This document shows positions 10,486 through 21,011 of a stretch of 64,000 bases of DNA, one piece after another. Under the pieces are notes generated by a model that did not search any database, was not told where the DNA came from, and saw only the letters and a list, made by a program, of their open reading frames with translations. Made by a program: the position numbers and the translations under genes. Position 1 is the stretch's first letter, and every line of letters begins with the position of its first letter. Source of the DNA: Treponema sp. (GTDB lineage Bacteria; Spirochaetota; Spirochaetia; Treponematales; Treponemataceae); contig JBQNBN010000003.1 in NCBI GenBank assembly GCA_052169915.1, forward strand, positions 3,441-67,440, given 5' to 3'.

Positions 10486-11550
10486 TCATTTATAATCTGA
10501 AAATTTTGCAAGCGCACCCGGATGATTAACTTGGATTTTCAACGCTTTTCGCCAGAGCGAACGCGCTTTGACCAGATTTCCTTGCTTTTCGTATATTACA
10601 CCAAGTCCATAGTATGCGTCAGCAGAATTTTTATTTTTCTGCAAAATGTTTTCAAATTCCTTTTCGGCCTCGTCAAAATTCCCTTCTTCTGTGTAAATCG
10701 TTCCCAAAAGATTCATGCTTTTTAGGGCCAGACTTTGATCGTCCGTTTCATTCTTTATGCGAAACAGATACTGCTTTGCCGCCGTCGCCTGCCCCGCCTT
10801 GTAATACTGTTCGGCAATGGAAAGAAGAAGCGTATACGATTCCCGCACCAGCAGAGCCTCCGTAAAGGCAGAAATACTTTCCATCGGCATGCCGAGCGCG
10901 GCGTAACTTAATCCAAGATATTCCGGAATATCGTCGGCTTTATAGCCGTGCACGGCTGCGCTCCCCAAATACTTTGCCGCCAAATCCGCATAATAATAAG
11001 AAGAAACCGTGTTTTTATAAAAATACGCCTTACCGAGCATATATTCGATTTGCGGGATAAGACTCCGGCGCGCGCCCTGAAAAGCAAGACGCAGCGAATT
11101 GATCGCCTCATCAAGATAGTTTTGCGCGTCGGCTGTTTCAAGTTGAGAAACGGCGATGTAAAAACTTGAATAGCCGCGATAGGTCAACGCTGCGTTATTG
11201 AGCGGATGAAGCGAAAGAATCTTTGTGCTGATGTCATACGCGGCATTATAATCGTATACGCTCCACGCTTTTTTCAGCGCGCCGATTGTCGGAGACTTTT
11301 CGACATGAGCCGTTATAAATCCGTATAAAAAAAATCCGCCGACGGCAAAGGATGCGATGAGAATAAAAGAAATGGTCAATTTCAGTATGAGATAGTTTTT
11401 TTTTCTCGTTACGTCGCCGTTTCGCACAATCATTCTCCGCTCATTTTTTTTATAAGCCGCAAAATCAACCGAACGAAAAGCGTACTCTCCTTTCGTTTTT
11501 ATCCTGCGTTTACTACGCTCAACGCTCTTTGCATCAGAGCAATTTTGCAT
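10486..11550 (-). CDS. Membrane-anchored TPR repeat protein
   Basis: 354-aa ORF with one TM helix (LILKLTISFILIASFAVGGFFLYGF) followed by TPR-like repeats (AYYGLGVIYEKQGNLVKARSLWRKALKI). The exact start is uncertain. Confidence 0.7.
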   Translation of the reverse strand: MQNCSDAKSVERSKRRIKTKGEYAFRSVDFAAYKKNERRMIVRNGDVTRKKNYLILKLTISFILIASFAVGGFFLYGFITAHVEKSPTIGALKKAWSVYDYNAAYDISTKILSLHPLNNAALTYRGYSSFYIAVSQLETADAQNYLDEAINSLRLAFQGARRSLIPQIEYMLGKAYFYKNTVSSYYYADLAAKYLGSAAVHGYKADDIPEYLGLSYAALGMPMESISAFTEALLVRESYTLLLSIAEQYYKAGQATAAKQYLFRIKNETDDQSLALKSMNLLGTIYTEEGNFDEAEKEFENILQKNKNSADAYYGLGVIYEKQGNLVKARSLWRKALKIQVNHPGALAKFSDYK

Positions 11551-11621
11551 TTCGCTTTTTCGATTGCAGCCGGCATAAAATCAAATGCTTATGTCTCGAG
11601 TGTAATCGTAATATAAAAAAA

Positions 11622-11988
11622 CAGGCGGGACGATAAGCCGGATTCTGTCAACGCACCAAGTGCGTCATAACCATCTATCTTTGCTGAAAGTTGCCTTTCA
11701 ACTCCTGCGGTCTACCCGAAGTCTCGACTCGGAAAATCAAACTTCTGCTTGACCTTGCTCCAAATGAGGTTTGCACTGCCGCCTTCGTTGCCGAAAGCGC
11801 GGTAGTCTCTTACACTGCCTTTTCACCCTTACGCATAAAGCGCGGTATCTTTTCTGCTGCACTTTCTGTCGTACGGAAACGCTTCCGTACGCCCGGTCGT
11901 TATCCGGCATTTTTTCCGAAGGAGCCCGGACTTTCCTCACGGACTTTCTTTATCATCAAAAAAAGCCGCGCGGTTATATCCCGCCTGC
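11622..11988 (-). ncRNA. rnpB: RNase P RNA, bacterial type A
   Basis: The minus strand carries GAGGAAAGUCCGGGCUCC (complement of 11921-11938), UAAGGGUGAAAAGG...GUAAGAG and ACAGAAUCCGGCUUAUCG (complement of 11631-11648). A P1 pairing joins CAGGCGGGA (5' end) to UCCCGCCUG (3' end), followed by a U-run. End coordinates are +/-5 nt. Confidence 0.85.
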
Positions 11989-11989
11989 A

Positions 11990-12949
11990 TTATTCCTGCG
12001 TTTCACTCTCCTCTTCGGCGTCTTCATCTTCATCATCGCCGCTGTCGTCAGTCTCTTCCTCTTCAAGCTCATCCTCATCGTCATCATCGGAATCGTCTTC
12101 CAAAATCTCTTCTTCGGATTCATCGTAGAGTTCTTCTTCCGTATCTTCTTCGATTTCCTCTTCTTCGTCGTCAATAAAGTCGTCTTCTATATCGGAAAGA
12201 CTGCCCGTGTCGTCAAAATATGCTTCCTGCGCGTCTTCATCGGCTTCTTCATAAAAAAGAATGCGGCTGCAGTACGGACAGAATAAAATGGAATCTCCTT
12301 CGTGCACTTCATTTGCAAACTGAGCGGGAAGAATCATATTGCAGCCGGTGCAAACGCCGTTTTTTACTGCCACAATGCCTTCCGAATTACGCTGAATTAT
12401 GCGCTGAAACTTAAAAAGCACCTCTTGGTCAAGACCGGGGATGATTTCATTTTCCTGACTGGTAAGCGCTGCAAGTTCCGATTTCAGCCCTTCAAGTTGA
12501 CTGTCAAGCGTCTTCCGGCTTTCGCTGATGTCGTTTTCTTGCGCCGCAATCATATCTTCCGTCATTTTTATGGAATCGTTGAGTTCTGCAAGCGTTTTTT
12601 CCTCTTTTTGCAGATCTTTACGCACTTCGTTTTCTTTGGAAGAGGCTTCGGTAATTTGTTTTTCAAGCGCTTCGTATTCGCGGTGCGTGGTAATGCTGTC
12701 CATGTTTTTTTCGCCCGCTTCGCGCGCGCTGACCGCTTCGTCAAGTTCTCTTCTGAGTTCAAGCACTTTTTCTTTGACGCTTTCATACGCGTGATTTTTT
12801 TCTATAAATTCTTTCCGCATACGGTCGAGCAGCGCATCCTGCGAGTCGAGTTGTTTGGGCGCTTCATTTATTTTTGTTTCAAGTTCATATTTGCGCCCAA
12901 GTATCAACTGGAGGCTTTTGAGCTTGTTAAAAATTTCTGTCATTACCAT
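11990..12949 (-). CDS. COG1579/DUF164 coiled-coil zinc-ribbon protein with long acidic tail
   Basis: 319 aa with a long coiled coil followed by a C4 ribbon (CTGCNMIL...CPYCSRIL). About 85 C-terminal residues are almost pure Asp/Glu. Confidence 0.8.
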   Translation of the reverse strand: MVMTEIFNKLKSLQLILGRKYELETKINEAPKQLDSQDALLDRMRKEFIEKNHAYESVKEKVLELRRELDEAVSAREAGEKNMDSITTHREYEALEKQITEASSKENEVRKDLQKEEKTLAELNDSIKMTEDMIAAQENDISESRKTLDSQLEGLKSELAALTSQENEIIPGLDQEVLFKFQRIIQRNSEGIVAVKNGVCTGCNMILPAQFANEVHEGDSILFCPYCSRILFYEEADEDAQEAYFDDTGSLSDIEDDFIDDEEEEIEEDTEEELYDESEEEILEDDSDDDDEDELEEEETDDSGDDEDEDAEEESETQE

Positions 12950-13068
12950 AGCAATTCCTTTCTAAAATATTTTTACACGAAACCTGTTCGGGAAATTCCG
13001 TTCGGAGAACGGGTCTACTATATAGAAAATAAAATTTTGTGTCTATAAAACTGAACTTTAACGCCCGC

Positions 13069-14874
13069 TCACGTTTCGATGTAATCGCGGAGACCGTTGG
13101 CGCGGCGCGGATGCCGGAGCCGCCGCAACGCTTTGGCTTCAATCTGCCGGATTCGCTCGCGCGTAACGTCAAAATACAGTCCCACTTCTTCAAGAGTCAG
13201 TGAATAACCGTCTTCAAGTCCGAAACGCATCTTTAAAACTTCCTGTTCACGCGACGGAAGCGTATCAAGCACGGTTTTCAACTGCTCCTGCAAAAGCGTA
13301 TACGCAGTCTTTGCGGCGGGATTTTCGGCTTCCTTATCTTCGATAAAGTCTCCGAGCGAGGAATCTTCTTCTTCTCCGATCGGCGTTTCAAGCGAAATCG
13401 GCTCGCGCGCAACGTTTTTTACCTGTTTTACGCGCGTAAGCGGCCATCCGAGTTGACTTGCAATCTCTTCGTCGGTCGGCTCGCGCCCGAGTTTTTGCAT
13501 AAGTTGACGCGACTCGCGCACGACTTTGTTGATCTGTTCAATCATGTGCACGGGAACGCGGATGGTGCGCGCTTGATCGGAAATGCTCCGCGTAATCGCC
13601 TGCCTGATCCACCACGTCGCGTAGGTTGAAAACTTAAACCCTTTGCGGTACTCAAATTTTTCAACCGCCTTGATGAGTCCGATGTTGCCTTCCTGCACGA
13701 GATCGAAAAACTGTAAGCCGCGGTTGGTGTATTTTTTTGCAATCGAAACGACGAGGCGGAGATTCGCGTTGATGAGGCGGTTTTTGGCAAGTTCCATCAT
13801 GCGGCTGCCGCGCTTAATTTCTTCCGCCTTTTCAAGAATCTCATCAATTGTGTTTTCAAATTCGTATTCAAGCCGGTGCAGTTTGCGGTCGATCTTTTGA
13901 ATCTGCGTGTAAATATCGCGGATATCGTCGGTCGTCATGTTCAGTTCGGCTTCAAGTTTCGCCGCTTCCGAACGAAGCGCAATTCGTCTTCCGAGGCTTC
14001 TCAATTCCGCGGCATTGGAAATCTTGAGTTCCTTCATCTTTTTTTCTTGTTTTTGATGATAGTCCTCGATTTTTTTGACTGCATCAAGGAATTTTTGATT
14101 AAAGCGGTCGAGTTCCTCCGTTTGAATATCGATTTTCTGTAACTGCGGCTGAATTTTTTCACGCAAGGCGATAAGCTGCGGGTCTTCAAAAAAACGGCTG
14201 GTCTGGTCGGTTTCAAAAATCTGCTTTTTCAAACCCATATAGCGTTTCATTTCCGCAAGCACCGGCTTTATGCATTCCCCGTAACACAATTTTAAGTGCT
14301 TTTTTTCCTGCTGTTCATCGTTGATTTCTTTGCGGGAGCGGCCGGGTTCGTGAATGTCGATTTTGGTAAACGCTTTTTGCGCTATAATAAAAAATTCGGG
14401 AATCATAATCCCCGAATTCAAAATGACATCCTTAATGATGTTTTTGCCGTCTTCCATCTTTTTGGACAGAATGACTTCCTGCTCAGCCGTCAAAAGATTT
14501 TCTTTTCCGATTTCGCGAAGATAAAGACGGATAGGATCATCGACATTCGACTCCCGATCGATATTGACCAGTTTGTTTTTATCGTAGGCGTCTTCTTTTG
14601 TCTCTTGAGATGACGCAATCGCTTCATCCGCATCCGAAACAATAATGTCATCGTCATCGGCAGGCACCGTTCCGTCTTCTTCCGGCTCGTCATCCGGCAT
14701 AAAATCAATCGGCTGCAAATTGTACTGCACGAGGATTTTTGCGACCTGCTCAAGATCGAGCGCGCTGTCGTCCAATTTTCCGGCGAATTCGGCAACTTCG
14801 CTCCACGTTACAATCTGCTTATCTTTTACAAACTCAATGATTTTTTGAATAGAAGAATTTTCTTCCTTATCCAT
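13069..14874 (-). CDS. rpoD: RNA polymerase primary sigma factor (sigma-70)
   Basis: 601 aa with an acidic region 1.1, region 2 ([14 protein letters not shown]) and a region 4.2 HTH ([30 protein letters not shown]). Confidence 0.95.
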   Translation of the reverse strand: MDKEENSSIQKIIEFVKDKQIVTWSEVAEFAGKLDDSALDLEQVAKILVQYNLQPIDFMPDDEPEEDGTVPADDDDIIVSDADEAIASSQETKEDAYDKNKLVNIDRESNVDDPIRLYLREIGKENLLTAEQEVILSKKMEDGKNIIKDVILNSGIMIPEFFIIAQKAFTKIDIHEPGRSRKEINDEQQEKKHLKLCYGECIKPVLAEMKRYMGLKKQIFETDQTSRFFEDPQLIALREKIQPQLQKIDIQTEELDRFNQKFLDAVKKIEDYHQKQEKKMKELKISNAAELRSLGRRIALRSEAAKLEAELNMTTDDIRDIYTQIQKIDRKLHRLEYEFENTIDEILEKAEEIKRGSRMMELAKNRLINANLRLVVSIAKKYTNRGLQFFDLVQEGNIGLIKAVEKFEYRKGFKFSTYATWWIRQAITRSISDQARTIRVPVHMIEQINKVVRESRQLMQKLGREPTDEEIASQLGWPLTRVKQVKNVAREPISLETPIGEEEDSSLGDFIEDKEAENPAAKTAYTLLQEQLKTVLDTLPSREQEVLKMRFGLEDGYSLTLEEVGLYFDVTRERIRQIEAKALRRLRHPRRANGLRDYIET

Positions 14875-14899
14875 TCGTTATAACCTACTGCGTAAAATT

Positions 14900-16681
14900 T
14901 CAATTCTTCAGCTGCCGGTCAAGGTTCATCTTTTCAGCAAGAAGTGCGTTCAACTCGTCTTTGTCTTCGGCAGTAACCGCATGAAAGCCGCGTATGCGCT
15001 CCATAATTTTGTCGCGCCGCCTTTCGGTTACTTTCTTTTTTATCAGCCTTATTGAATCCTGTACGGCGCTCTCCGAATAATCTTTAAACTCGCCTAAAGA
15101 TATAACCTTTGTTATAAGGTTTGCCAGCCGTTCGTCATCGCAGAAATCTAAAATGGCGTTTAGAGACAAAGCGTCTTCGCTGTAACACTTTTCAAGAATA
15201 TTCAACAGCGCTATGGCGTGAGGATCTTCAAAGTCATCGGGGGTAAGCTCGTTTCGTATCGTTTTGTATTTATTAAGGTCGGCTATTATTGCCAGTACGC
15301 TTCTGAGTTCCGCAGTAGGTTTGATGGACTGCAGAGCTTCCTGTTTGTCTGGCTGCCGGATATTTAAACGATTTCGGGCTTGTTCTCGATTGTAAAAATC
15401 CCTCTTTACCGCCTCCGGCTTTAAGTTGAATGTCTGACACAGCTGCTCAAGACACGATTCTTTTTGAATATCGGACTGAAGCGAATCCACGTAAGAAAAA
15501 TATTCAAGCGAAGCCTTCGTTTTTCCGTCGGGCGTATCAAGAGGATATTTTTCTCCCAGTCTGGATATTAAAAAGTTACTGTCTAATATAGCATTGCCGA
15601 CTTCATTCGTCAACACCTCTGCGCCGTAATTGTTCATTATTTCAGCGGGGTCTTTTCCCCCTGAAAGTTGTATGACTTTTACCACAATCGAATGCCTGCG
15701 GAGCATGTAAATTGCGCGCTCGGTCGCCTTTTGCCCCGCTTCGTCCGCGTCAAAAGAAAGCAAAACTTCATCTACAAACGGCCGGACTATCTTAATCTGC
15801 TCGTCGGTAAGCGCGGTTCCAAGCGGTGCGACCGCATATTCTATTCCGCATTGGTGATAGGTTATGCAGTCCATATAGCCTTCGCAAAAAATGACTTTTT
15901 TCGCTTCTTTTACCGCTTTTTTTGCAAAGTTAAACGCATAGAGCGTCTCGCCTTTTTTATACTGTATCGAATCGCCTGAGTTGAGATATTTTGGGTTGTT
16001 CGGAGCATTATCAAGCGCCCTGCCTCCGAACGCGGCAACTTTTCCGTGCCGATTATATATCGGAAACATAAGCCGATGTGTAAAAAAAGAGACGTCAGAG
16101 TATTTTTTACTAAACAATCCAGACTGATTGAGAAAGTCTTGACTGAAATTCTTTTTGAGTAAAAAACGCTTAAGCCACCTTTTATCCGCCGGCGCATAAC
16201 CGATATTAAATTTTTTGACGGTCTCAACGCTTATTCCCCTGCCGGTAATATAGTCAAGCGCGTTTTTCCCCTGCTCCGTTTCGGTTAAAATATAATGGAA
16301 CATGGAAGCGCAGCGGTCATAGAGTTCAAGATAGTCGTTGATAAGTTTTAGTTTCGGATCGGATTTTTCCGCCGCGCCGTCGGCATACGAGATAGGAATT
16401 CCCGCTTTTTTTGCGACGAATTCGACGGCGTCGTAATAGGAAAGTTTTTCTTGTTCTTTTATAAAATTGATTACGTTGCCGCCGACATGACAGCCGAAGC
16501 AATAATAAAATTTTTTATCGGCGTCAACGTGGAATGAAGCCGTTTTTTCTCCGTGAAAGGGACAGCAGCCCCACCAATCGTTTGCGCCGCGCATTTCAAG
16601 TTTTGTGTAGTCGTCGATAATGTTTACGATGTCGGCGTTTTCCGCAGCCTTAATCGTTTCCTGCGATATAAAACGCGGCAT
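14900..16681 (-). CDS. dnaG: DNA primase
   Basis: 593 aa with a CHC2 zinc finger (CCPFHGEKTASFHV...YCFGCHVGG) and TOPRIM motifs (VIFCEGYMDCI, SFDADEAGQKAT). It lies upstream of rpoD. Confidence 0.95.
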   Translation of the reverse strand: MPRFISQETIKAAENADIVNIIDDYTKLEMRGANDWWGCCPFHGEKTASFHVDADKKFYYCFGCHVGGNVINFIKEQEKLSYYDAVEFVAKKAGIPISYADGAAEKSDPKLKLINDYLELYDRCASMFHYILTETEQGKNALDYITGRGISVETVKKFNIGYAPADKRWLKRFLLKKNFSQDFLNQSGLFSKKYSDVSFFTHRLMFPIYNRHGKVAAFGGRALDNAPNNPKYLNSGDSIQYKKGETLYAFNFAKKAVKEAKKVIFCEGYMDCITYHQCGIEYAVAPLGTALTDEQIKIVRPFVDEVLLSFDADEAGQKATERAIYMLRRHSIVVKVIQLSGGKDPAEIMNNYGAEVLTNEVGNAILDSNFLISRLGEKYPLDTPDGKTKASLEYFSYVDSLQSDIQKESCLEQLCQTFNLKPEAVKRDFYNREQARNRLNIRQPDKQEALQSIKPTAELRSVLAIIADLNKYKTIRNELTPDDFEDPHAIALLNILEKCYSEDALSLNAILDFCDDERLANLITKVISLGEFKDYSESAVQDSIRLIKKKVTERRRDKIMERIRGFHAVTAEDKDELNALLAEKMNLDRQLKN

Positions 16682-17736
16682 CAGTTTTCCGCAGCCTTTT
16701 TTGTGCTGAACACGTCGCCTTCTTTAATGTGCGCGGAAAAATCTTTGCTGAAGACGTGCTTTCCCGCCGCCGCATCCGTCAGCCGGAAATAATAATAATC
16801 GGTTTCAGGCGGATTGGCGGCGGCTTTGAGAGCCGTCATGCCGGGATTCGCTATTGCTCCGGGTGGAAGACCGGCATATTTATATGTATTATAAGGACTT
16901 GTAAGTTCTAAGTCGGAATATTTTATCACGTCGGGATGTTCCCTTCCTTCAATTTCCGTAATAACGTATTCAACGGTCGCGCACGAATACAGCCCTATTT
17001 TGCTTTTGAGCCGATTTTTAAAAACGCTTGCAATAAGAGGCGCCTCTTCGTTCTGCCGGTATTCGCGCTCGACGACGGAGGCAAGAATGACGGTTTCGTT
17101 CAATTCTTCCATTGTCATATCGCCGAATGCGGAGTCTTCTTTTATATGACTAAAAAAATTATCCGCCATGATTTTTATGGCTTCACTGCCAGCCGTTGAC
17201 GGAGCAAAAAAATACGTATCGGGAAAAAGATAACCTTCAAAAGTTTCTGCAGGAATTTGATACTCTGCAAGCAATTCGGAATCTTTTGCAGCCGCAATAA
17301 AATCTTGTTTTTCGCACACGCCGGCGTTTTCAAGCCGCGCCGCAATTTTCGTAAGCGTAAGCCCCTCCGGCAGAGCAACGCGTATGGAGTCCTCTTTCCC
17401 TGCCGAAAGGATAGCCAAAATTTCTGAAAGATTCATCGAGCCGCTTAATTTGTACGTCCCGCTTTTAAGCGTAAACGGTTCCTTATTTCCCGTCAGCAAA
17501 AAGTAAACGAAGGGAAAACGCGCCGCCGCATAAAATAAGCGCTGACTTTTTATCAGTTCCATCGCGTCCAGTTTATACGCGGCGGTCTTTGCCGTTTCTC
17601 CCTTTTGAATTTCAATGCGGCTGAACTCTGTTTCTTTGGGAGAGACGGGCGCCGCTTGCGTGTAAAAAATAATCAAAGTTGTCAAAAGTGGTAAAAAAAA
17701 TAAGACTAATATAAGCACTATTTTATACTTTTTCAT
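16681..17736 (-). CDS. mltG: Endolytic murein transglycosylase MltG (YceG-like)
   Basis: 351 aa with an N-terminal TM helix and YceG signatures (LASVVEREY, SPYNTYKYAGLPPGAIANPG). Confidence 0.88.
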   Translation of the reverse strand: MKKYKIVLILVLFFLPLLTTLIIFYTQAAPVSPKETEFSRIEIQKGETAKTAAYKLDAMELIKSQRLFYAAARFPFVYFLLTGNKEPFTLKSGTYKLSGSMNLSEILAILSAGKEDSIRVALPEGLTLTKIAARLENAGVCEKQDFIAAAKDSELLAEYQIPAETFEGYLFPDTYFFAPSTAGSEAIKIMADNFFSHIKEDSAFGDMTMEELNETVILASVVEREYRQNEEAPLIASVFKNRLKSKIGLYSCATVEYVITEIEGREHPDVIKYSDLELTSPYNTYKYAGLPPGAIANPGMTALKAAANPPETDYYYFRLTDAAAGKHVFSKDFSAHIKEGDVFSTKKAAEN

Positions 17737-17737
17737 T

Positions 17738-18676
17738 TTAAATCTCGAATTCTTTGTTTTCCATCGCTAAGAAGATTTCAATGTCGGAATGAATAATGTA
17801 TTCAGCATACCACTGCGCGGACAGCAGAATCGAATTTAATTTTTTATCGTCGTACGTGGGATCGTGATGAAACAAAAACAGTTTTTTCACTCCCCAGTTG
17901 ACCGCAAAATCAATCGCATAGCAAAACGCCGAATGCCCCCAGTGGACTTTTTTATAAGACTCCTCGACCGTGTACTGCGCGTCAATGACCATACAATCCG
18001 CATTCCGAAAGACGGCTTCGTGTTCGGGCGTGGATGTAAAATCGTTTTGCGAAAGTTCCACGTCGGTCGCATAAACGAATTTTTTACCGTTTTCCGTAAA
18101 TGAATAACTTTGCGAGCCGCCCGGATGCGCCATCGGACAAGAATTGACCGTAATATCGCCGATTTTTATCGCCTCTCCCGCTTTTACGGTGTGAAAATGA
18201 AAATGCGGAGTCAGTTTTTCAAATGCAATCGGAAAAAACGGAAACGCCTGCTGACGCTCTAAAAAGTCTTTTCCATTCTCTTTTGTTGAATACCAGTCGA
18301 TGACAGTGTCATGTTCGTACACGGGATCGAAAAACGGCAATCCTTGAATGTGATCCCAATGATAGTGCGATAAAAATATGGAAAAATGCTTATCTTTGGG
18401 CAGCGTGTCAGATTTTCCAAGACCGCGTATCCCCGAACCTGCGTCAAGTATTATTTCTTCTCCGCCTGAGCCGCGTAACTCCAAACACGGCGTATTCCCT
18501 CCTGCCGTGCCTAAAATCCAGTCGGGCAGGTTTGAAATAAAACGCTCCCGCGCGTCGGGAGATTCGATATCGCTTGCGCTTATCCGCTGAATGACGGCGC
18601 TGATTTTCGCCTGTATTTGCTGAGGGCTTAAAGGAGATGGAATGGATCCTCTGACGCCCCAAAAACGTATTTTCAA
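17738..18676 (-). CDS. MBL-fold metallo-hydrolase
   Basis: 312 aa with the HxHxDH motif (SHYHWDHIQG) and a later His/Asp pattern typical of the beta-lactamase fold. Confidence 0.8.
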   Translation of the reverse strand: MKIRFWGVRGSIPSPLSPQQIQAKISAVIQRISASDIESPDARERFISNLPDWILGTAGGNTPCLELRGSGGEEIILDAGSGIRGLGKSDTLPKDKHFSIFLSHYHWDHIQGLPFFDPVYEHDTVIDWYSTKENGKDFLERQQAFPFFPIAFEKLTPHFHFHTVKAGEAIKIGDITVNSCPMAHPGGSQSYSFTENGKKFVYATDVELSQNDFTSTPEHEAVFRNADCMVIDAQYTVEESYKKVHWGHSAFCYAIDFAVNWGVKKLFLFHHDPTYDDKKLNSILLSAQWYAEYIIHSDIEIFLAMENKEFEI

Positions 18677-18677
18677 A

Positions 18678-19127
18678 TTATTCCGCCTTATGTATCAAGC
18701 TTTTCTTATTTTCTTCATATTTTGAAAGATGTGCAAGTATGTCGCCGTAAGTTCTGCATTGACCCGAGTCGATTCCGGGACAATATGCCGACTCTTGAAC
18801 CCATGCCCTTTTGGAAGACAAGATACGCGTCCAAAACGGATATGTCGAACATTGCGCGGGGCGCGCGTTATATGCAGTACAGCCGCCGTCCTGCCACAAA
18901 ATACAGTCGAAGTTATCCTTTTCCAAGAGAGAAAGAACCTCCGCCCCGCCGGCATACGGAACAAAACGACAATACGACGAGATAAATGATTCCCGTTCCA
19001 TTTTAAAGTGTTCGCAAAGGTTTGATAAATCGGACTCGGATAAATATACGAAACCTTCGTCGTGCCGACAGCAAGAAGAGCAGCGAGCGCAGGAAAAATG
19101 CAGTCCGTTTTCAAAAAAATCGTTCAT
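18678..19127 (-). CDS. YkgJ-family cysteine-cluster (Fe-S/Zn) protein
   Basis: 149 aa with an N-terminal CxxCxxCC cluster (FSCARCSSCCRHDEGFV) and a second Cys set (CTAYNARPAQCSTYPFW). Confidence 0.72.
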   Translation of the reverse strand: MNDFFENGLHFSCARCSSCCRHDEGFVYLSESDLSNLCEHFKMERESFISSYCRFVPYAGGAEVLSLLEKDNFDCILWQDGGCTAYNARPAQCSTYPFWTRILSSKRAWVQESAYCPGIDSGQCRTYGDILAHLSKYEENKKSLIHKAE

Positions 19128-19166
19128 AATGCGCTCCGCTTTAATGATTTTTCATATTTTCGATTA

Positions 19167-19201
19167 CAAAAAAAGAGAGCCGGAAAATATTTTCCGGCTC
19201 T
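19167..19201 (-). terminator. Rho-independent terminator after the tRNA pair
   Basis: Perfect palindrome AGAGCCGGAAAATATTTTCCGGCTCT (19176-19201), followed on the minus strand by a U-run (the A-run at 19167-19175 on plus). Confidence 0.7.
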
Positions 19202-19203
19202 TA

Positions 19204-19285
19204 TGGGGAGTGAAGGATTCGAACCTACGAAGGCGGAGCCAGCAGATTTACAGTCTGTCCCCTTTGACCACTCGGGAAACTCCCC
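19204..19285 (-). tRNA. tRNA-Tyr (GUA), long variable arm
   Basis: Minus strand reads GGGGAGUUUCCCGAGUGGUCAAAGGGGACAGACUGUAAAUCUGCUGGCUCCGCCUUCGUAGGUUCGAAUCCUUCACUCCCCA. The anticodon loop is CUGUAAA, and the sequence is close to the E. coli tRNA-Tyr architecture. No CCA is encoded. Confidence 0.92.
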
Positions 19286-19291
19286 GTTATG

Positions 19292-19364
19292 AGCTGCCTG
19301 TAGGATTTGAACCCACGACCCCGAGATTACAAATCACGTGCTCTACCAACTGAGCTAAGGCAGC
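19292..19364 (-). tRNA. tRNA-Thr (UGU)
   Basis: Minus strand reads GCUGCCUUAGCUCAGUUGGUAGAGCACGUGAUUUGUAAUCUCGGGGUCGUGGGUUCAAAUCCUACAGGCAGCU. It folds as a cloverleaf with anticodon loop UUUGUAA and one U-U mismatch in the anticodon stem. Confidence 0.88.
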
Positions 19365-19409
19365 AACTTTTGTAGAATAGGCGAATAATATAGGATATAA
19401 GGAAAAGTG

Positions 19410-20999
19410 TCAATTATCGGAAATAAGTTTTTCAAAAAACGGAATATACTTTTCCTGCACGACGGCAGCCCACGAATATTCTTTTTTGACGGTGCGCGCC
19501 GCATACGCAATCATCTCAGTCAGTTTGTCGTCATGGGCGCGCTTAAAACCTGCGGCGTTTATAATCGCGCTGCAAAGCGTTTCTGCGGTGTTCGGCGCGT
19601 ATAAAAATCCCGTTTTGCCGTCTTGAATCTTTTTTAAGCCGCCGGTCGAGTGTGCGACGGGAAGCGTGCCGAACAGTTGGGCGATAAAGTCTTCAAGTCC
19701 GCAGGGCTCAAAAACGCTCGGCATCAGCAAAAAATCGGCGGCGGCAACGGAAAGGCGCGCAGTCCTCTTGTTATATCCCTTAAAATAAATGACTTTGCCC
19801 GGATATTCGCGTGCAAGGGATGAAAGTTCATTTTCAAGCGCCGGCTCTCCCTGCCCTGCGATGATAAAACGCAGGTTTTCATCTCGGCGTAAAACTTCTT
19901 TTACGGCGGGAATCAAAATATCGATTCCTTTTTGCCGTACAATTCGTCCCTGATAGGTAAAATAGACTGCGTTTTTATCGTCCAATCCCTGATTTGAAAG
20001 CGAGCCGCACAGTTCTATGCCGTCAAAAAAAGAGCGGAAACGCTCATTCTCTGCCGCAGAAGACGCCAACTCAAGCAAAAATCGGCGGTTTTCATACTTG
20101 CCGGAAAGTTCTCCGCGTTCAGGAGAAAACGGATATGGCAGCAAAGAAGACGCAGTCTCTTCCGGATTGTAGCGTTCGACTTCAATGCCGTTCGTAATCC
20201 CCGTAATGCGTATCTGCTCGGTGGAAAAAAGCGGAGACAGTCCGTCCGTTTCACTAGAAAAAGCGGCGTCGGCCAGTTCCGCCGCGTAAAACGTTGAGAC
20301 GGTCGTCAAATGCGCGTCCTTACCCGCAAGCAAAAACGGCTCCACCCGCTTTCCATTGAGCGCACCGCGCAATTTTTCTTCCGGCAGCCCCGTGTAGTAC
20401 GCAGCCTCCGCCAAATCCCGAAACTCGTGGTGATAGGCGGGACCCGCGTTGTGGATAGTTGCCGCGCAGGCAATACGCGGCGCAAAGTCCGGCATGGCGG
20501 CGGCAAGATAAGACGGAAGGACTGCAGAAGGCGCGTCGTGGCAATGAATGACGTCGGGCTTTTGAGAATCGGGAAGCGATTTTGCGTACTCGACGACGGC
20601 TTTTGAAAGGAGCGCGTCCAAAAAAAGCGTATCGCGGTGCCCCGTTCCGCGCGCGTGTTCAGGATTTTTGCGCTCTTCTTCTTCCGTGTAGACGTAGACG
20701 GCGCATTTTTCTGCAAACGAAGGATGGCGGATAAAAACGATTTTTACCGGCGCATCCTTAAAACGCCCCGTAGAAAAGTCCACGCGTTCAAGTTTACCGC
20801 ACAAGTCGACTTGAGCGTTCGCCTTTCCGTCTGTTAAGTCCGCAACAGAGTCGAATTCGCTGCACGCATACACCGGAATAAAAAGCGTTACGTCGTGCCC
20901 TCTGCGGGCGACTTCTGCGGAAACCGAATAGGCGACGCTTTTTACGCCGCCTGCCTCAGCAAGTCCTGCGCATTCCATCGTTACTGTCCACAGTTTCAT
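19410..20999 (-). CDS. glgA: Glycogen/starch synthase-like glycosyltransferase (GT5)
   Basis: 529 aa with N-terminal ECAGLAEAGGVKSVAYS and the C-terminal GT-B signature PSVFEPCGLEDFIAQLFGTLPVAHSTGGL. Confidence 0.82.
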   Translation of the reverse strand: MKLWTVTMECAGLAEAGGVKSVAYSVSAEVARRGHDVTLFIPVYACSEFDSVADLTDGKANAQVDLCGKLERVDFSTGRFKDAPVKIVFIRHPSFAEKCAVYVYTEEEERKNPEHARGTGHRDTLFLDALLSKAVVEYAKSLPDSQKPDVIHCHDAPSAVLPSYLAAAMPDFAPRIACAATIHNAGPAYHHEFRDLAEAAYYTGLPEEKLRGALNGKRVEPFLLAGKDAHLTTVSTFYAAELADAAFSSETDGLSPLFSTEQIRITGITNGIEVERYNPEETASSLLPYPFSPERGELSGKYENRRFLLELASSAAENERFRSFFDGIELCGSLSNQGLDDKNAVYFTYQGRIVRQKGIDILIPAVKEVLRRDENLRFIIAGQGEPALENELSSLAREYPGKVIYFKGYNKRTARLSVAAADFLLMPSVFEPCGLEDFIAQLFGTLPVAHSTGGLKKIQDGKTGFLYAPNTAETLCSAIINAAGFKRAHDDKLTEMIAYAARTVKKEYSWAAVVQEKYIPFFEKLISDN

Positions 21000-21011
21000 T
21001 TTTTCACCTTC

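Noticed and set aside
11691-13048. Plus-strand ORFs (145, 171 and 248 aa) over rnpB and antisense to the COG1579 gene.
   Set aside because: They overlap a well-supported RNase P RNA and the complement of a poly-acidic coding tract, which gives poly-Ser/Phe artefacts.
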